20,602 bases of DNA from Candidatus Aenigmatarchaeota archaeon. GTDB lineage: Archaea; Aenigmatarchaeota; Aenigmatarchaeia; CG10238-14; SCSR01. The stretch spans positions 1 to 20,602 of the forward strand of contig JAWBTW010000012.1 in NCBI GenBank assembly GCA_039000165.1. The letters are read 5' to 3'. How positions within the stretch are numbered: position 1 is the stretch's first letter; every line of letters begins with the position of its first letter. The notes under the pieces are model-generated. The model ran no database searches. It saw only the letters and a list, made by a program, of their open reading frames with translations, and had not been told where the DNA came from. Of the stretch, positions 8,727-15,685 are shown piece after piece. The position numbers and the translations under genes are program-made.

Positions 8727-8766
8727 CCTAAAAAATATAGCATTTAGGGGTTTAAATATTTTTCGG
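8727..8766 (-). promoter_or_regulatory. Candidate BRE-TATA promoter of the hsp20 operon with downstream palindrome
   Basis: Minus strand CCGAAAAA-TATTTAAA (8766-8751) followed by CCTAAA-N10-TTTAGG (8727-8748). Confidence 0.55.
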
Positions 8767-8832
8767 TCCATTTTTTGCTAAAGCAAATTGCTAAAACAAA
8801 CTTTTTATTTGAGTTTAATTAAAATTAAAGAC

Positions 8833-8994
8833 ATGGTAAGCATTTTATTCATGCTTTTTGGTGTAATAGATTTGTTAGGAGGCTTAGCTTTAACTTTTGG
8901 TTCAGTTTCATTTCTTCCTCAAATAGCAAAGTATGTGGGAATTATTCTTATAGCAAAAGGACTTTGGACGATAATAACAAGTATTATCCACTAA
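8833..8994 (+). CDS. Small 2-TM membrane protein (53 aa)
   Basis: MVSILFMLFGVIDLLGGLAL...YVGIILIAKGLWTII; ATG 8833 preferred over TTG 8788. Confidence 0.7.
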   Translation: MVSILFMLFGVIDLLGGLALTFGSVSFLPQIAKYVGIILIAKGLWTIITSIIH

Positions 8995-9176
8995 CCTAAA
9001 ACCTCAAGAATTTTACCTTTGACTAAAGCATCCCCACCTCTTGGTTCAGCCAAGATTTCTCCACAGTTTAAGCATTTAACAACAGTTGAAGCTTTACTAA
9101 AAATTACTTGCTTATTCTTGCATTTTTTACACATGACTTGAATGAACTTGCTTTTAGGGGTTTCTATTATTTCCAT
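8991..9176 (-). CDS. rps27e: 30S ribosomal protein S27e
   Basis: PKSKFIQVMCKKCKNKQVIF...VKCLNCGEILAEPRGG. Confidence 0.97.
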   Translation of the reverse strand: MEIIETPKSKFIQVMCKKCKNKQVIFSKASTVVKCLNCGEILAEPRGGDALVKGKILEVLG

Positions 9177-9180
9177 GGTA

Positions 9181-9465
9181 TCACAACTTAACTATTTCAA
9201 ATTTTTTCGCCCTGAAACCTTTTCCTCTTGTGTGTGTTTTTCCACAAGCTAAACATTTGAACCTTAAATCAACTTTTTTAGTTGGTTTTTCCCTTCCTTT
9301 CGGGTTTTCTTTCGGAAAACTTCCATAACCTTTCATCTTTCTCAAAAACCTTCTCTGCCCTTGAGCCAAAGTTCTTCTTTGCCTCTTTTTTGCTATCTCA
9401 ACTTCATGCTCTGTATGTTTTCTGCAATATGGACAAAAAGTTCTTATCTTCTTTGGCATTTTCAT
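9181..9465 (-). CDS. rpl44e: 50S ribosomal protein L44e
   Basis: [20 protein letters not shown]...[17 protein letters not shown]. Confidence 0.97.
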   Translation of the reverse strand: MKMPKKIRTFCPYCRKHTEHEVEIAKKRQRRTLAQGQRRFLRKMKGYGSFPKENPKGREKPTKKVDLRFKCLACGKTHTRGKGFRAKKFEIVKL

Positions 9466-9506
9466 TCACATCACTCTAAAATATTTGAGCTTAATAAAAA
9501 TTTAAA

Positions 9507-10040
9507 TCACTTTTCAACTTTAAATTCTTCAACTATACCTCTTTCCTTCAATATTTTCACGTTTTCTTCAGGTAATTTTGCTATATCCCCCTTTTTAAAA
9601 GGACCGTAAACTTTTTCATCACTTCCTACAAATTCAGGAACATCCTCCTTGAAAATCACCAAATTTTCTTCCTCTTTTTTCTCGGAAAAGATTTTTTCCA
9701 AAACTCTCTTTCTTCTTTCTCCTATGGTTTTTACTAAACTTTCAAAAAACTCTTTTTCCTCTTCCGTCAAGTTTTCTGGGGGAATTTGTGTTCTTACGGT
9801 TATTATAGCTTGGTTTATTATTTTTCTTTCCCTTCTGTTGAAAATATCCTCTACCAAACTCTTAACATTTTTCAACTCCAAGGCAACTTTTTTGTTCTCT
9901 TCAGATAATTTCCTTTTTTGCTCGAGATAAGAAGCAAGCTTTTCATAAAAACTTTCCGGTAACTTTGTAAGTTTAGGAGAAGCTTGTTCTTCCCTTTGAA
10001 TTTTCCTTATAACTTCGAAAGTAATAGTTTCCTCTGCCAT
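9507..10040 (-). CDS. gins51: GINS subunit, Gins51 (Gins15) type
   Basis: A domain LTKLPESFY...RRERKII...NLTEEEKEFF, C-terminal B domain VPEFVGSDEKVYGPFKKGDIAKLP; sits between primase and L44e. Confidence 0.9.
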   Translation of the reverse strand: MAEETITFEVIRKIQREEQASPKLTKLPESFYEKLASYLEQKRKLSEENKKVALELKNVKSLVEDIFNRRERKIINQAIITVRTQIPPENLTEEEKEFFESLVKTIGERRKRVLEKIFSEKKEEENLVIFKEDVPEFVGSDEKVYGPFKKGDIAKLPEENVKILKERGIVEEFKVEK

Positions 10041-10049
10041 AGCATCCTT

Positions 10050-10319
10050 TTAAATTTTATTTGCGCAAGTTAAATATTCATGTTCTGGATTCTTACACCT
10101 GTAAAAAATTCTTTTTCTCGGTACTACAAAAACTTTTCCCTTCGAATCTTCTATTTTTGTTTCTACTTCCTCTTCCCAACTTTCAAAATAATTCCAAGGA
10201 CAATTTTTACAGTTGAATCCTTGAACAAAAGCTTTTTTCCTTTCGTAAGGAAGGAAAGGCTTATAAATTCCTAGGCTTTTTTGAAAATCTTCAAAACTTT
10301 TTTCACATTTTTTCTCGAT
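10050..10319 (-). CDS. Unannotated 89-aa Cys-rich protein, start codon non-canonical (ATC proposed)
   Basis: Hand translation (I/M)EKKCEKSFEDFQKSLGIYKPFLPYERKKAFVQGFNCKNCPWNYFESWEEEVETKIEDSKGKVFVVPRKRIFYRCKNPEHEYLTCANKI*; fills the primase-GINS gap; no in-frame ATG/GTG/TTG. Confidence 0.6.
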   Translation of the reverse strand: MEKKCEKSFEDFQKSLGIYKPFLPYERKKAFVQGFNCKNCPWNYFESWEEEVETKIEDSKGKVFVVPRKRIFYRCKNPEHEYLTCANKI

Positions 10320-10351
10320 AGCAACCCTATTAAAAAATGAAAGGTAAAGAA

Positions 10352-11665
10352 TTAATGCTTTTTCTTTTTCTTTTTTCTTATTTTTAGCTTTTTGAAGGGA
10401 TAGTTAACTGGATTTTTTATGACTATTTTATCATCCTTCTTACAGATGTCATCTGGCACACAAACTTTAATGTCAGTGTAAAAATTTTGATTATCGCAAT
10501 TTGGAGGAAGCAAATTTCTCTCTTGCCTCAAATGCCATCTCAGTTGAGTTCTCAAGTAATTAGCTCTCAAAGGAGGCAAATTTTTTGCGTTCCAATCTGT
10601 TAAAGTTTTTTCTATTTTCTCCCAGTCCCAACCCATGCTTCTTAAGAAATTTATCAAGATAAAAACACTTCTTTTTCTTCCGTCCGACAAACCTTTTAAA
10701 ATAGTCTGGATACAAGGTGGAAAATATTGTTCTGGAATTGCTTTCATCTTTTTAAACTTAACCTTTGGTAGCTCTTCCTTAACTTCTATCTTATACTTGG
10801 CAGACCAGTCTAAAGCTTCTACTATTAAAGCTTCAGCATCATGAAGCTTAACTTTTTGAACTAAAAACTTCTCATTAACTTTAACTTTCTCTGGAAGTGC
10901 TTGTTCTTTCTCAAACTTTTCTAAATCTTCTGGTCTTATGGGCAAACTTACTAGTAAAGTTGACTCGTGTAAAGAATAAGGAAGTCTAAACAAATGTCTT
11001 GAACCAAAAACATCCATGCTAACAACTTTAAAAGGGTCTAAACCGTTTTCGTCAGTTATTTCTTCAATTTTTTTCCCAATCCTTTGAGAAATTTCTTGAA
11101 GAGAGGCAAGAGCGAGCATTTCTTCTTTTAATTGCTCTTTTACGTACCATTTCAAGTATTCTATAACTTTCTGAAGGAGCTCAGGATAAAGAATTTGAGA
11201 AGGTTGAAAATTAATTTTTTCCGGAAGGGATTCAAACGGAATTCCTATATGAAACCCTTTCCCACCAGAAAATTTTATAGTGTAATTTTGAACACCGTGA
11301 TCCTTCAAAGCCTCTATTATTTGTTTGACAGTTATCTTTGCAATTTCAAAATCATTAACATCAGGGTCGATAAAAATATCCCAGCCAATTCTTAATTCAT
11401 CAAGTTGTACTTTTGTCATACCAACATCTAGTTTCATCGGTTGTGACCATCTTTCTACAGAACCATGAAAAGCTACAGCTCCTTCAGCAACGGCTTGTAA
11501 GACATCTTGAGGGTATTGAATGACATCAGGTCTTTTACCAAAACTTCCATCTTTATAAACAGGTATAACTTCTCTGTTTTTTCCAGCCTCTATCAAAGCG
11601 TTAAAGACAGATTCTCGTGAGTACCAATTCCAAACTCTTTGAAAGTTTATCGCCATGGCCATCAT
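10352..11665 (-). CDS. Fused DNA primase PriS-PriL (DPANN type)
   Basis: AEP motifs GWDIFIDPD, FSGGKGFH, RLPYSLH, then the PriL Fe-S domain FPPC...PPNC...VC...IC...KNPVNY; start at ATG 11665, 11662 or 11656. Confidence 0.92.
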   Translation of the reverse strand: MMAMAINFQRVWNWYSRESVFNALIEAGKNREVIPVYKDGSFGKRPDVIQYPQDVLQAVAEGAVAFHGSVERWSQPMKLDVGMTKVQLDELRIGWDIFIDPDVNDFEIAKITVKQIIEALKDHGVQNYTIKFSGGKGFHIGIPFESLPEKINFQPSQILYPELLQKVIEYLKWYVKEQLKEEMLALASLQEISQRIGKKIEEITDENGLDPFKVVSMDVFGSRHLFRLPYSLHESTLLVSLPIRPEDLEKFEKEQALPEKVKVNEKFLVQKVKLHDAEALIVEALDWSAKYKIEVKEELPKVKFKKMKAIPEQYFPPCIQTILKGLSDGRKRSVFILINFLRSMGWDWEKIEKTLTDWNAKNLPPLRANYLRTQLRWHLRQERNLLPPNCDNQNFYTDIKVCVPDDICKKDDKIVIKNPVNYPFKKLKIRKKKKKKH

Positions 11666-11730
11666 GAGAAGTTTAAAACTTCTCAATTATAATAGTAAGT
11701 TTAAATATTGAAATCTTTTTCTAAAAAATT

Positions 11731-12591
11731 ATGAAAGTAATAAACTTTTTTGATCCTTGGAAAAGCAAGCTATGTACTTGTCCAAAAAAATATTCTTTCA
11801 GCCCATATACAGGATGTTCTCATTCTTGCCTCTACTGCTATGCTTCCAGTTATATAAAAAAATTTTTTAATTGCAGACCAAAAAAAGATTTGCTCAAGAA
11901 GCTAGAAGAAGATTTAAAAAAAGTGGATAAAAGATTTCCCATTTCCGTTTCAAACTCGAGCGATCCTTATGTTCCTGAAGAAGAGAAGCTTAAACTCACA
12001 AGAGATTGTTTGAGATATTTTGCATTTCACGACTGCAAAATTCTTTTGATAACAAAATCCGACCTTGTTTTAAGGGATTTAGACATTCTTTCCAGGATGA
12101 GAAGTTGCGTTAGCATAACAATAACAACTTTAAACGAAGAAATAGCAAAAAAACTTGAACCAAAAGCTCCATCGCCTGAAAAAAGAATTAAGGCTGTTGA
12201 AAAGCTTGTTGAAAAGGAAATTCCAACCATAGTTAGAGTTGACCCGATAATTCCTTTCCTAAACGATAGAGAAATAGAAGAAATAGTGAAAATTTCTTCT
12301 TCTCTGGGAGTTAAACAAATAGTTTCAAGCACTTATAAAGTAAAGCCTGATAACTGGAAAAGGTTCTCCTTAGTTTTTCCAGAAATAGCTGAAAAATTGA
12401 AAGAACTCTACTTTAAGCAAGGTGAGAGAATTTCAAATTCCCTTTATCTACCAAGAGAAATAAGACTAAAGATAATGAAAAAAGTTAGAGAAGCTTGTGA
12501 CAGGAATAAAATAAGTTTTTCATGCTGTAGAGAAGGTTTTCTTGAATTAAACAACTCAAGAAGTTGTGATGGAACGCATTTGATTAAATAA
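11731..12591 (+). CDS. Radical SAM protein, SplB/COG1533-like
   Basis: SPYTGCSHSCLYCYA (CxxxCxxC), SSDPY, ITKSDLVLRDLD, LEPKAPSPEKR, RVDPIIP; extra CTC and CC...C cysteines. Confidence 0.88.
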   Translation: MKVINFFDPWKSKLCTCPKKYSFSPYTGCSHSCLYCYASSYIKKFFNCRPKKDLLKKLEEDLKKVDKRFPISVSNSSDPYVPEEEKLKLTRDCLRYFAFHDCKILLITKSDLVLRDLDILSRMRSCVSITITTLNEEIAKKLEPKAPSPEKRIKAVEKLVEKEIPTIVRVDPIIPFLNDREIEEIVKISSSLGVKQIVSSTYKVKPDNWKRFSLVFPEIAEKLKELYFKQGERISNSLYLPREIRLKIMKKVREACDRNKISFSCCREGFLELNNSRSCDGTHLIK

Positions 12592-13540
12592 AATCTAAAA
12601 GAACTTTTTGACCTTTTCCTAAGAATTGAGCCTGAATCTTAAGTCTCTTTCTTATTTCGTAAGCTAAGTCTTTCGCATAACCATGAACACAAATCACTTT
12701 TTTTGGCTTAACTTCTTGGATGAAAAGCATTAGCTGCTCGAAATCACAATGGTCTGAGATTGGAAAAGTTTCTACACCATAATTTCTAAAGAGAGCCCAT
12801 CCCGTAACTACACAGCATTTTGAATTTTTGTTTTGAAGATAAGGAACTGTGTGCATTGGCATAACAAAAACTTCTGAATCTTCCTCTTTTTCTAAAAATT
12901 TCAAGTTAACATCAAAGCTGTTATAAACTTGCGAGTACTTCCTTATGGAATCAGAGACTTGAGGAACTATTCCATTCTTATTCAAAAGTTTTATTATTTC
13001 TTGAGATTTTCCTATTGTATAACCACCAAGGTTAACCTTAAAGCCATTTTTTATTTGTCTGAGAACCCATTCTACAAGTGTTTTTCTTACCTCCTCGACA
13101 AAAGGGAACTTAAAAAATGGCTTGCCATAAGTTGCTTCTGTTATCAGAATATCAGCCTGGTAAATCTTTATTGCCTTATGAGTTAAGCCTTGCCAGAGTT
13201 TAAAATCTCCTGTGTAAAGGATTGAGGTGTTATTAGTTTCTATAAGAATTTGAGTTGAGCCTAAAATATGACCTGAGCTTATTAACCTTACAGAAAACCC
13301 GTCAAACTCGATTTTCTTGTTTTCTTTTACTATGTTTGCTTCGAAGAAAGGATTCCTAACTTTTATTAGCTCGTAAGTTTCTTGCGTGCAATAAGGCTTT
13401 CTTATAACTTCTTTTGGAGAATGGTCAACATGAGCATGAGAAACAAAAGAAATGAAATCAGAAACTTTTGGGTCAAGCAGAACAGTTTCATTTTTTATCT
13501 TAATAGCAATTCCATTACCGTAAGAAATCTTGAGTTCCAT
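12584..13540 (-). CDS. Metallo-beta-lactamase/beta-CASP nuclease with C-terminal PIP-box
   Basis: SHAHVDH, SGHILGS, YTGDF, EATYG, SDHCDF, VHG; ends QKVLLDFI. Confidence 0.88.
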   Translation of the reverse strand: MELKISYGNGIAIKIKNETVLLDPKVSDFISFVSHAHVDHSPKEVIRKPYCTQETYELIKVRNPFFEANIVKENKKIEFDGFSVRLISSGHILGSTQILIETNNTSILYTGDFKLWQGLTHKAIKIYQADILITEATYGKPFFKFPFVEEVRKTLVEWVLRQIKNGFKVNLGGYTIGKSQEIIKLLNKNGIVPQVSDSIRKYSQVYNSFDVNLKFLEKEEDSEVFVMPMHTVPYLQNKNSKCCVVTGWALFRNYGVETFPISDHCDFEQLMLFIQEVKPKKVICVHGYAKDLAYEIRKRLKIQAQFLGKGQKVLLDFI

Positions 13541-13561
13541 AAAAGAATATTGGTTTTTGTT

Positions 13562-13843
13562 CTATTTCTTCTTTGTTAATTTTTTAATTTCTTTTTTGAG
13601 TTTCAGAAGTTGAACAGAATAATTGCAATTGCTGCACTTTATGTTAAATTTTTGATTTAAGCCTTCGCCCGAAACAAAAGGTTCTTGCCACTTTTCCTTT
13701 CTTTTTTCAGAATTGTTACATTCGGGGCAAATAAGCTCTAACGTAGCTTCCTCTTCTCCAACTAGCTTGATTATTCTCACTCTTCCTTTTACTTCACCTT
13801 TTGAGTTCATCAGATCTCTTGTAGTTATGTATTCTATTTTCAT
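13562..13843 (-). CDS. Hypothetical zinc-binding protein (CxxC...CxxC)
   Basis: ICPECNN and IKCSNCNY; ATG 1 nt after the L40e stop. Confidence 0.8.
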   Translation of the reverse strand: MKIEYITTRDLMNSKGEVKGRVRIIKLVGEEEATLELICPECNNSEKRKEKWQEPFVSGEGLNQKFNIKCSNCNYSVQLLKLKKEIKKLTKKK

Positions 13844-13844
13844 A

Positions 13845-14018
13845 CTAACTCATCGGCCTACGCTTTGGCCTTAAAGCTCTTGAACCGCATTTCCTACATT
13901 TAACCTTACCAGCCTTTACTTTTGCAGGGTCTGCCCTCATCTTGGTTTTACAAACTCTACAAACATAAACTCTAAAGAAAAGCCTTTGGAGTGCCTCTGG
14001 AAAGGATTTTTTGACCAT
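13845..14018 (-). CDS. rpl40e: 50S ribosomal protein L40e (not in ORF track)
   Basis: Hand translation MVKKSFPEALQRLFFRVYVCRVCKTKMRADPAKVKAGKVKCRKCGSRALRPKRRPMS* (57 aa): FPEA..RL, CxxC, CRKCG..LRPK. Confidence 0.9.
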   Translation of the reverse strand: MVKKSFPEALQRLFFRVYVCRVCKTKMRADPAKVKAGKVKCRKCGSRALRPKRRPMS

Positions 14019-14162
14019 ATTCTCAACTCTTAAAATAAAGGTTTGTTAAATTTAAATTTTTAATTTTAGGCTATTTTATTTAAAGGTTTATCAAAGCTCT
14101 TCCAATAAAACTTATAGGTTAATTTTATATACTTGGAAAGCCAAACTTTTGTTTTGGATTTT

Positions 14163-14744
14163 ATGATTAAACCTGAAGTAAGAATTCTTGGTTTTGACGA
14201 CGGGGCTTTTAATTCTAAGACTAAAGGGAAAGTTCCTGTGATTGGAGTAATTTTTAGGGGTGGAAAATTTTTGGATGGAGCCTTAAAGACGGAAGTAACT
14301 ATTGATGGAAACGACGCAACACAAAAAATAGTAAAGCTTATAAATTCTTCTAGACATAAACAACAGTTAAAAGTAATAATGTTCGATGGCATAACTTTAG
14401 GAGGTTTTAACATAGTAGACATAAAAAAGTTACATGAAAAAACTGGCTTGCCTGTTATTGTTATAAATAGAAAAATTCCAAACTTAAAAGAAGTTGAAAA
14501 TGCCTTAAAAAATTTTAAAGATTTCAAGAGCAGGTGGAAAAAGATTCTTAACGCAGGAAAAATAAAAGAGTGCAAGATAAAAGAGAATAAAAAAGTCTAT
14601 TATCAATGCGTTGGTCTTAGAGATGAGGATGCGGAAGAAATAATAAGGATAAGCACTACAAGAAGTTTTATTCCTGAACCTTTAAGGGTTGCCCACATCA
14701 TAGCAACTGCAGTAGCAAAAGGTGAAAGTAGTGGTAGGGCGTAG
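14163..14744 (+). CDS. DUF99 family protein (endonuclease V-like fold)
   Basis: RILGFDDG, IDGNDAT, VIMFDGITLGGFNIVD, IPEPLRVAHIIA; ATG 14163 preferred. Confidence 0.9.
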   Translation: MIKPEVRILGFDDGAFNSKTKGKVPVIGVIFRGGKFLDGALKTEVTIDGNDATQKIVKLINSSRHKQQLKVIMFDGITLGGFNIVDIKKLHEKTGLPVIVINRKIPNLKEVENALKNFKDFKSRWKKILNAGKIKECKIKENKKVYYQCVGLRDEDAEEIIRISTTRSFIPEPLRVAHIIATAVAKGESSGRA

Positions 14745-15354
14745 AAGTAAGGAAGAGGTTATTGGAAGAAAAAAGTCTAGCCTTAAGAAAATAACTGAAG
14801 GTTGGTTTGGCTATATTTTTTACGCTGCTCTAGGAATAGTAATAGCTTTTCTTGTTAATTTAACTCTTGCTGTTGCTTTATCAACAGATTTACCAGTAGT
14901 TGCTGTAGTAAGTAGTTCAATGGTTCATGACGAAACAACAGAAGTAAACCATTACCAATGGCTTGAGAAAAAGTTTGGTTATAACAGAAGCTACATAGAC
15001 TCTTGGCCTGTAAATAAAGGTTTTGGTGTAGGAGATTTACCGATAATTCAAGGTTCAAAAGATTATAAAGTTGGTGATGTAGTAGTATTTTCTGTACCTT
15101 GCGAAAGCTCGCCAATAATTCACAGAATAGTCTATATAAATGAAGATGGTACTTATCAAACAAAAGGTGATCATAATCCAGACCAAATAACAAAATGTTG
15201 TAGCATAGAAAGACAAGTCTGCTACACAGAAAAAAGCATTTCAAAAGACCAAATTCACGGGAAAGTAATTTTTGTAATTCCAAAGTTGGGTTATTTTAAG
15301 GTAATAGTCTCGGAAATTTTCGAGGGTATAAGAAGAGTTTTTGGAGGAATCTAG
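14722..15354 (+). CDS. Signal peptidase I (archaeal/SEC11 type)
   Basis: N-terminal TM, VVSSSM (Ser), GDVVVF, IIHRIV (His), TKGDHN, IHGKVIFVIPKLGY; exact start uncertain. Confidence 0.88.
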   Translation: MKVVVGRRSKEEVIGRKKSSLKKITEGWFGYIFYAALGIVIAFLVNLTLAVALSTDLPVVAVVSSSMVHDETTEVNHYQWLEKKFGYNRSYIDSWPVNKGFGVGDLPIIQGSKDYKVGDVVVFSVPCESSPIIHRIVYINEDGTYQTKGDHNPDQITKCCSIERQVCYTEKSISKDQIHGKVIFVIPKLGYFKVIVSEIFEGIRRVFGGI

Positions 15355-15355
15355 A

Positions 15356-15685
15356 ATGGAGTTTTGCGAAAAATGTGGAAATTTGATGATGGTAGAAAAG
15401 AAGAAAAAGAAAAGCTTTTTAGTTTGTAGAAAGTGCGGTTTTAAGAAACCACTTAAAAAAGAAAAGATAATTTTAACTGAAGCTTCCCACGAACCTTCGC
15501 GTGGAATCGTTGTTATGGAAAAAGACGAAGGAATAGCTGAGTTACCAAAAACAAGGATAATGTGCCCAAAGTGCGAGAATCCAGAAGCATACTGGTGGAT
15601 GCAACAAACTAGGGCAGCTGACGAGCCGCCAACCATATTTTACAAATGTACAAAATGCGGTTATTCTTGGAGAAGTTATGGTTAA
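15356..15685 (+). CDS. tfs: Transcription factor S (TFS/RpoM)
   Basis: FCEKCGNLM...CRKCG and CPKC...QTRAADEPPTIFYKCTKCG; GGAGGA SD at 15343-15348. Confidence 0.96.
   Translation: MEFCEKCGNLMMVEKKKKKSFLVCRKCGFKKPLKKEKIILTEASHEPSRGIVVMEKDEGIAELPKTRIMCPKCENPEAYWWMQQTRAADEPPTIFYKCTKCGYSWRSYG

Noticed and set aside
6515..9930. Plus-strand ORFs at 6515, 7525, 7724, 8006, 9282, 9361 and 9649
   Set aside because: Phe/Ser/Leu-rich mirrors of Lys/Glu-rich minus-strand genes
10080..10274. 64-aa plus-strand ORF in the primase-GINS gap
   Set aside because: Phe-rich antisense shadow of the more protein-like minus-strand frame
10355..10380. Repeated CTTTTT units as a tandem repeat or terminator
   Set aside because: They encode the poly-Lys tail of primase on the minus strand
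6112..13540. Idea that the UBZ-like microprotein and the PIP-box nuclease form a split SNM1A equivalent
   Set aside because: The genes are over 6 kb apart in different operons, and no ubiquitin-like system is visible; too speculative
14019..14162. Intergenic region with a short CCAAA/TTTGG inverted repeat
   Set aside because: A 5-bp stem in AT-rich DNA is expected by chance; the region fits divergent promoters
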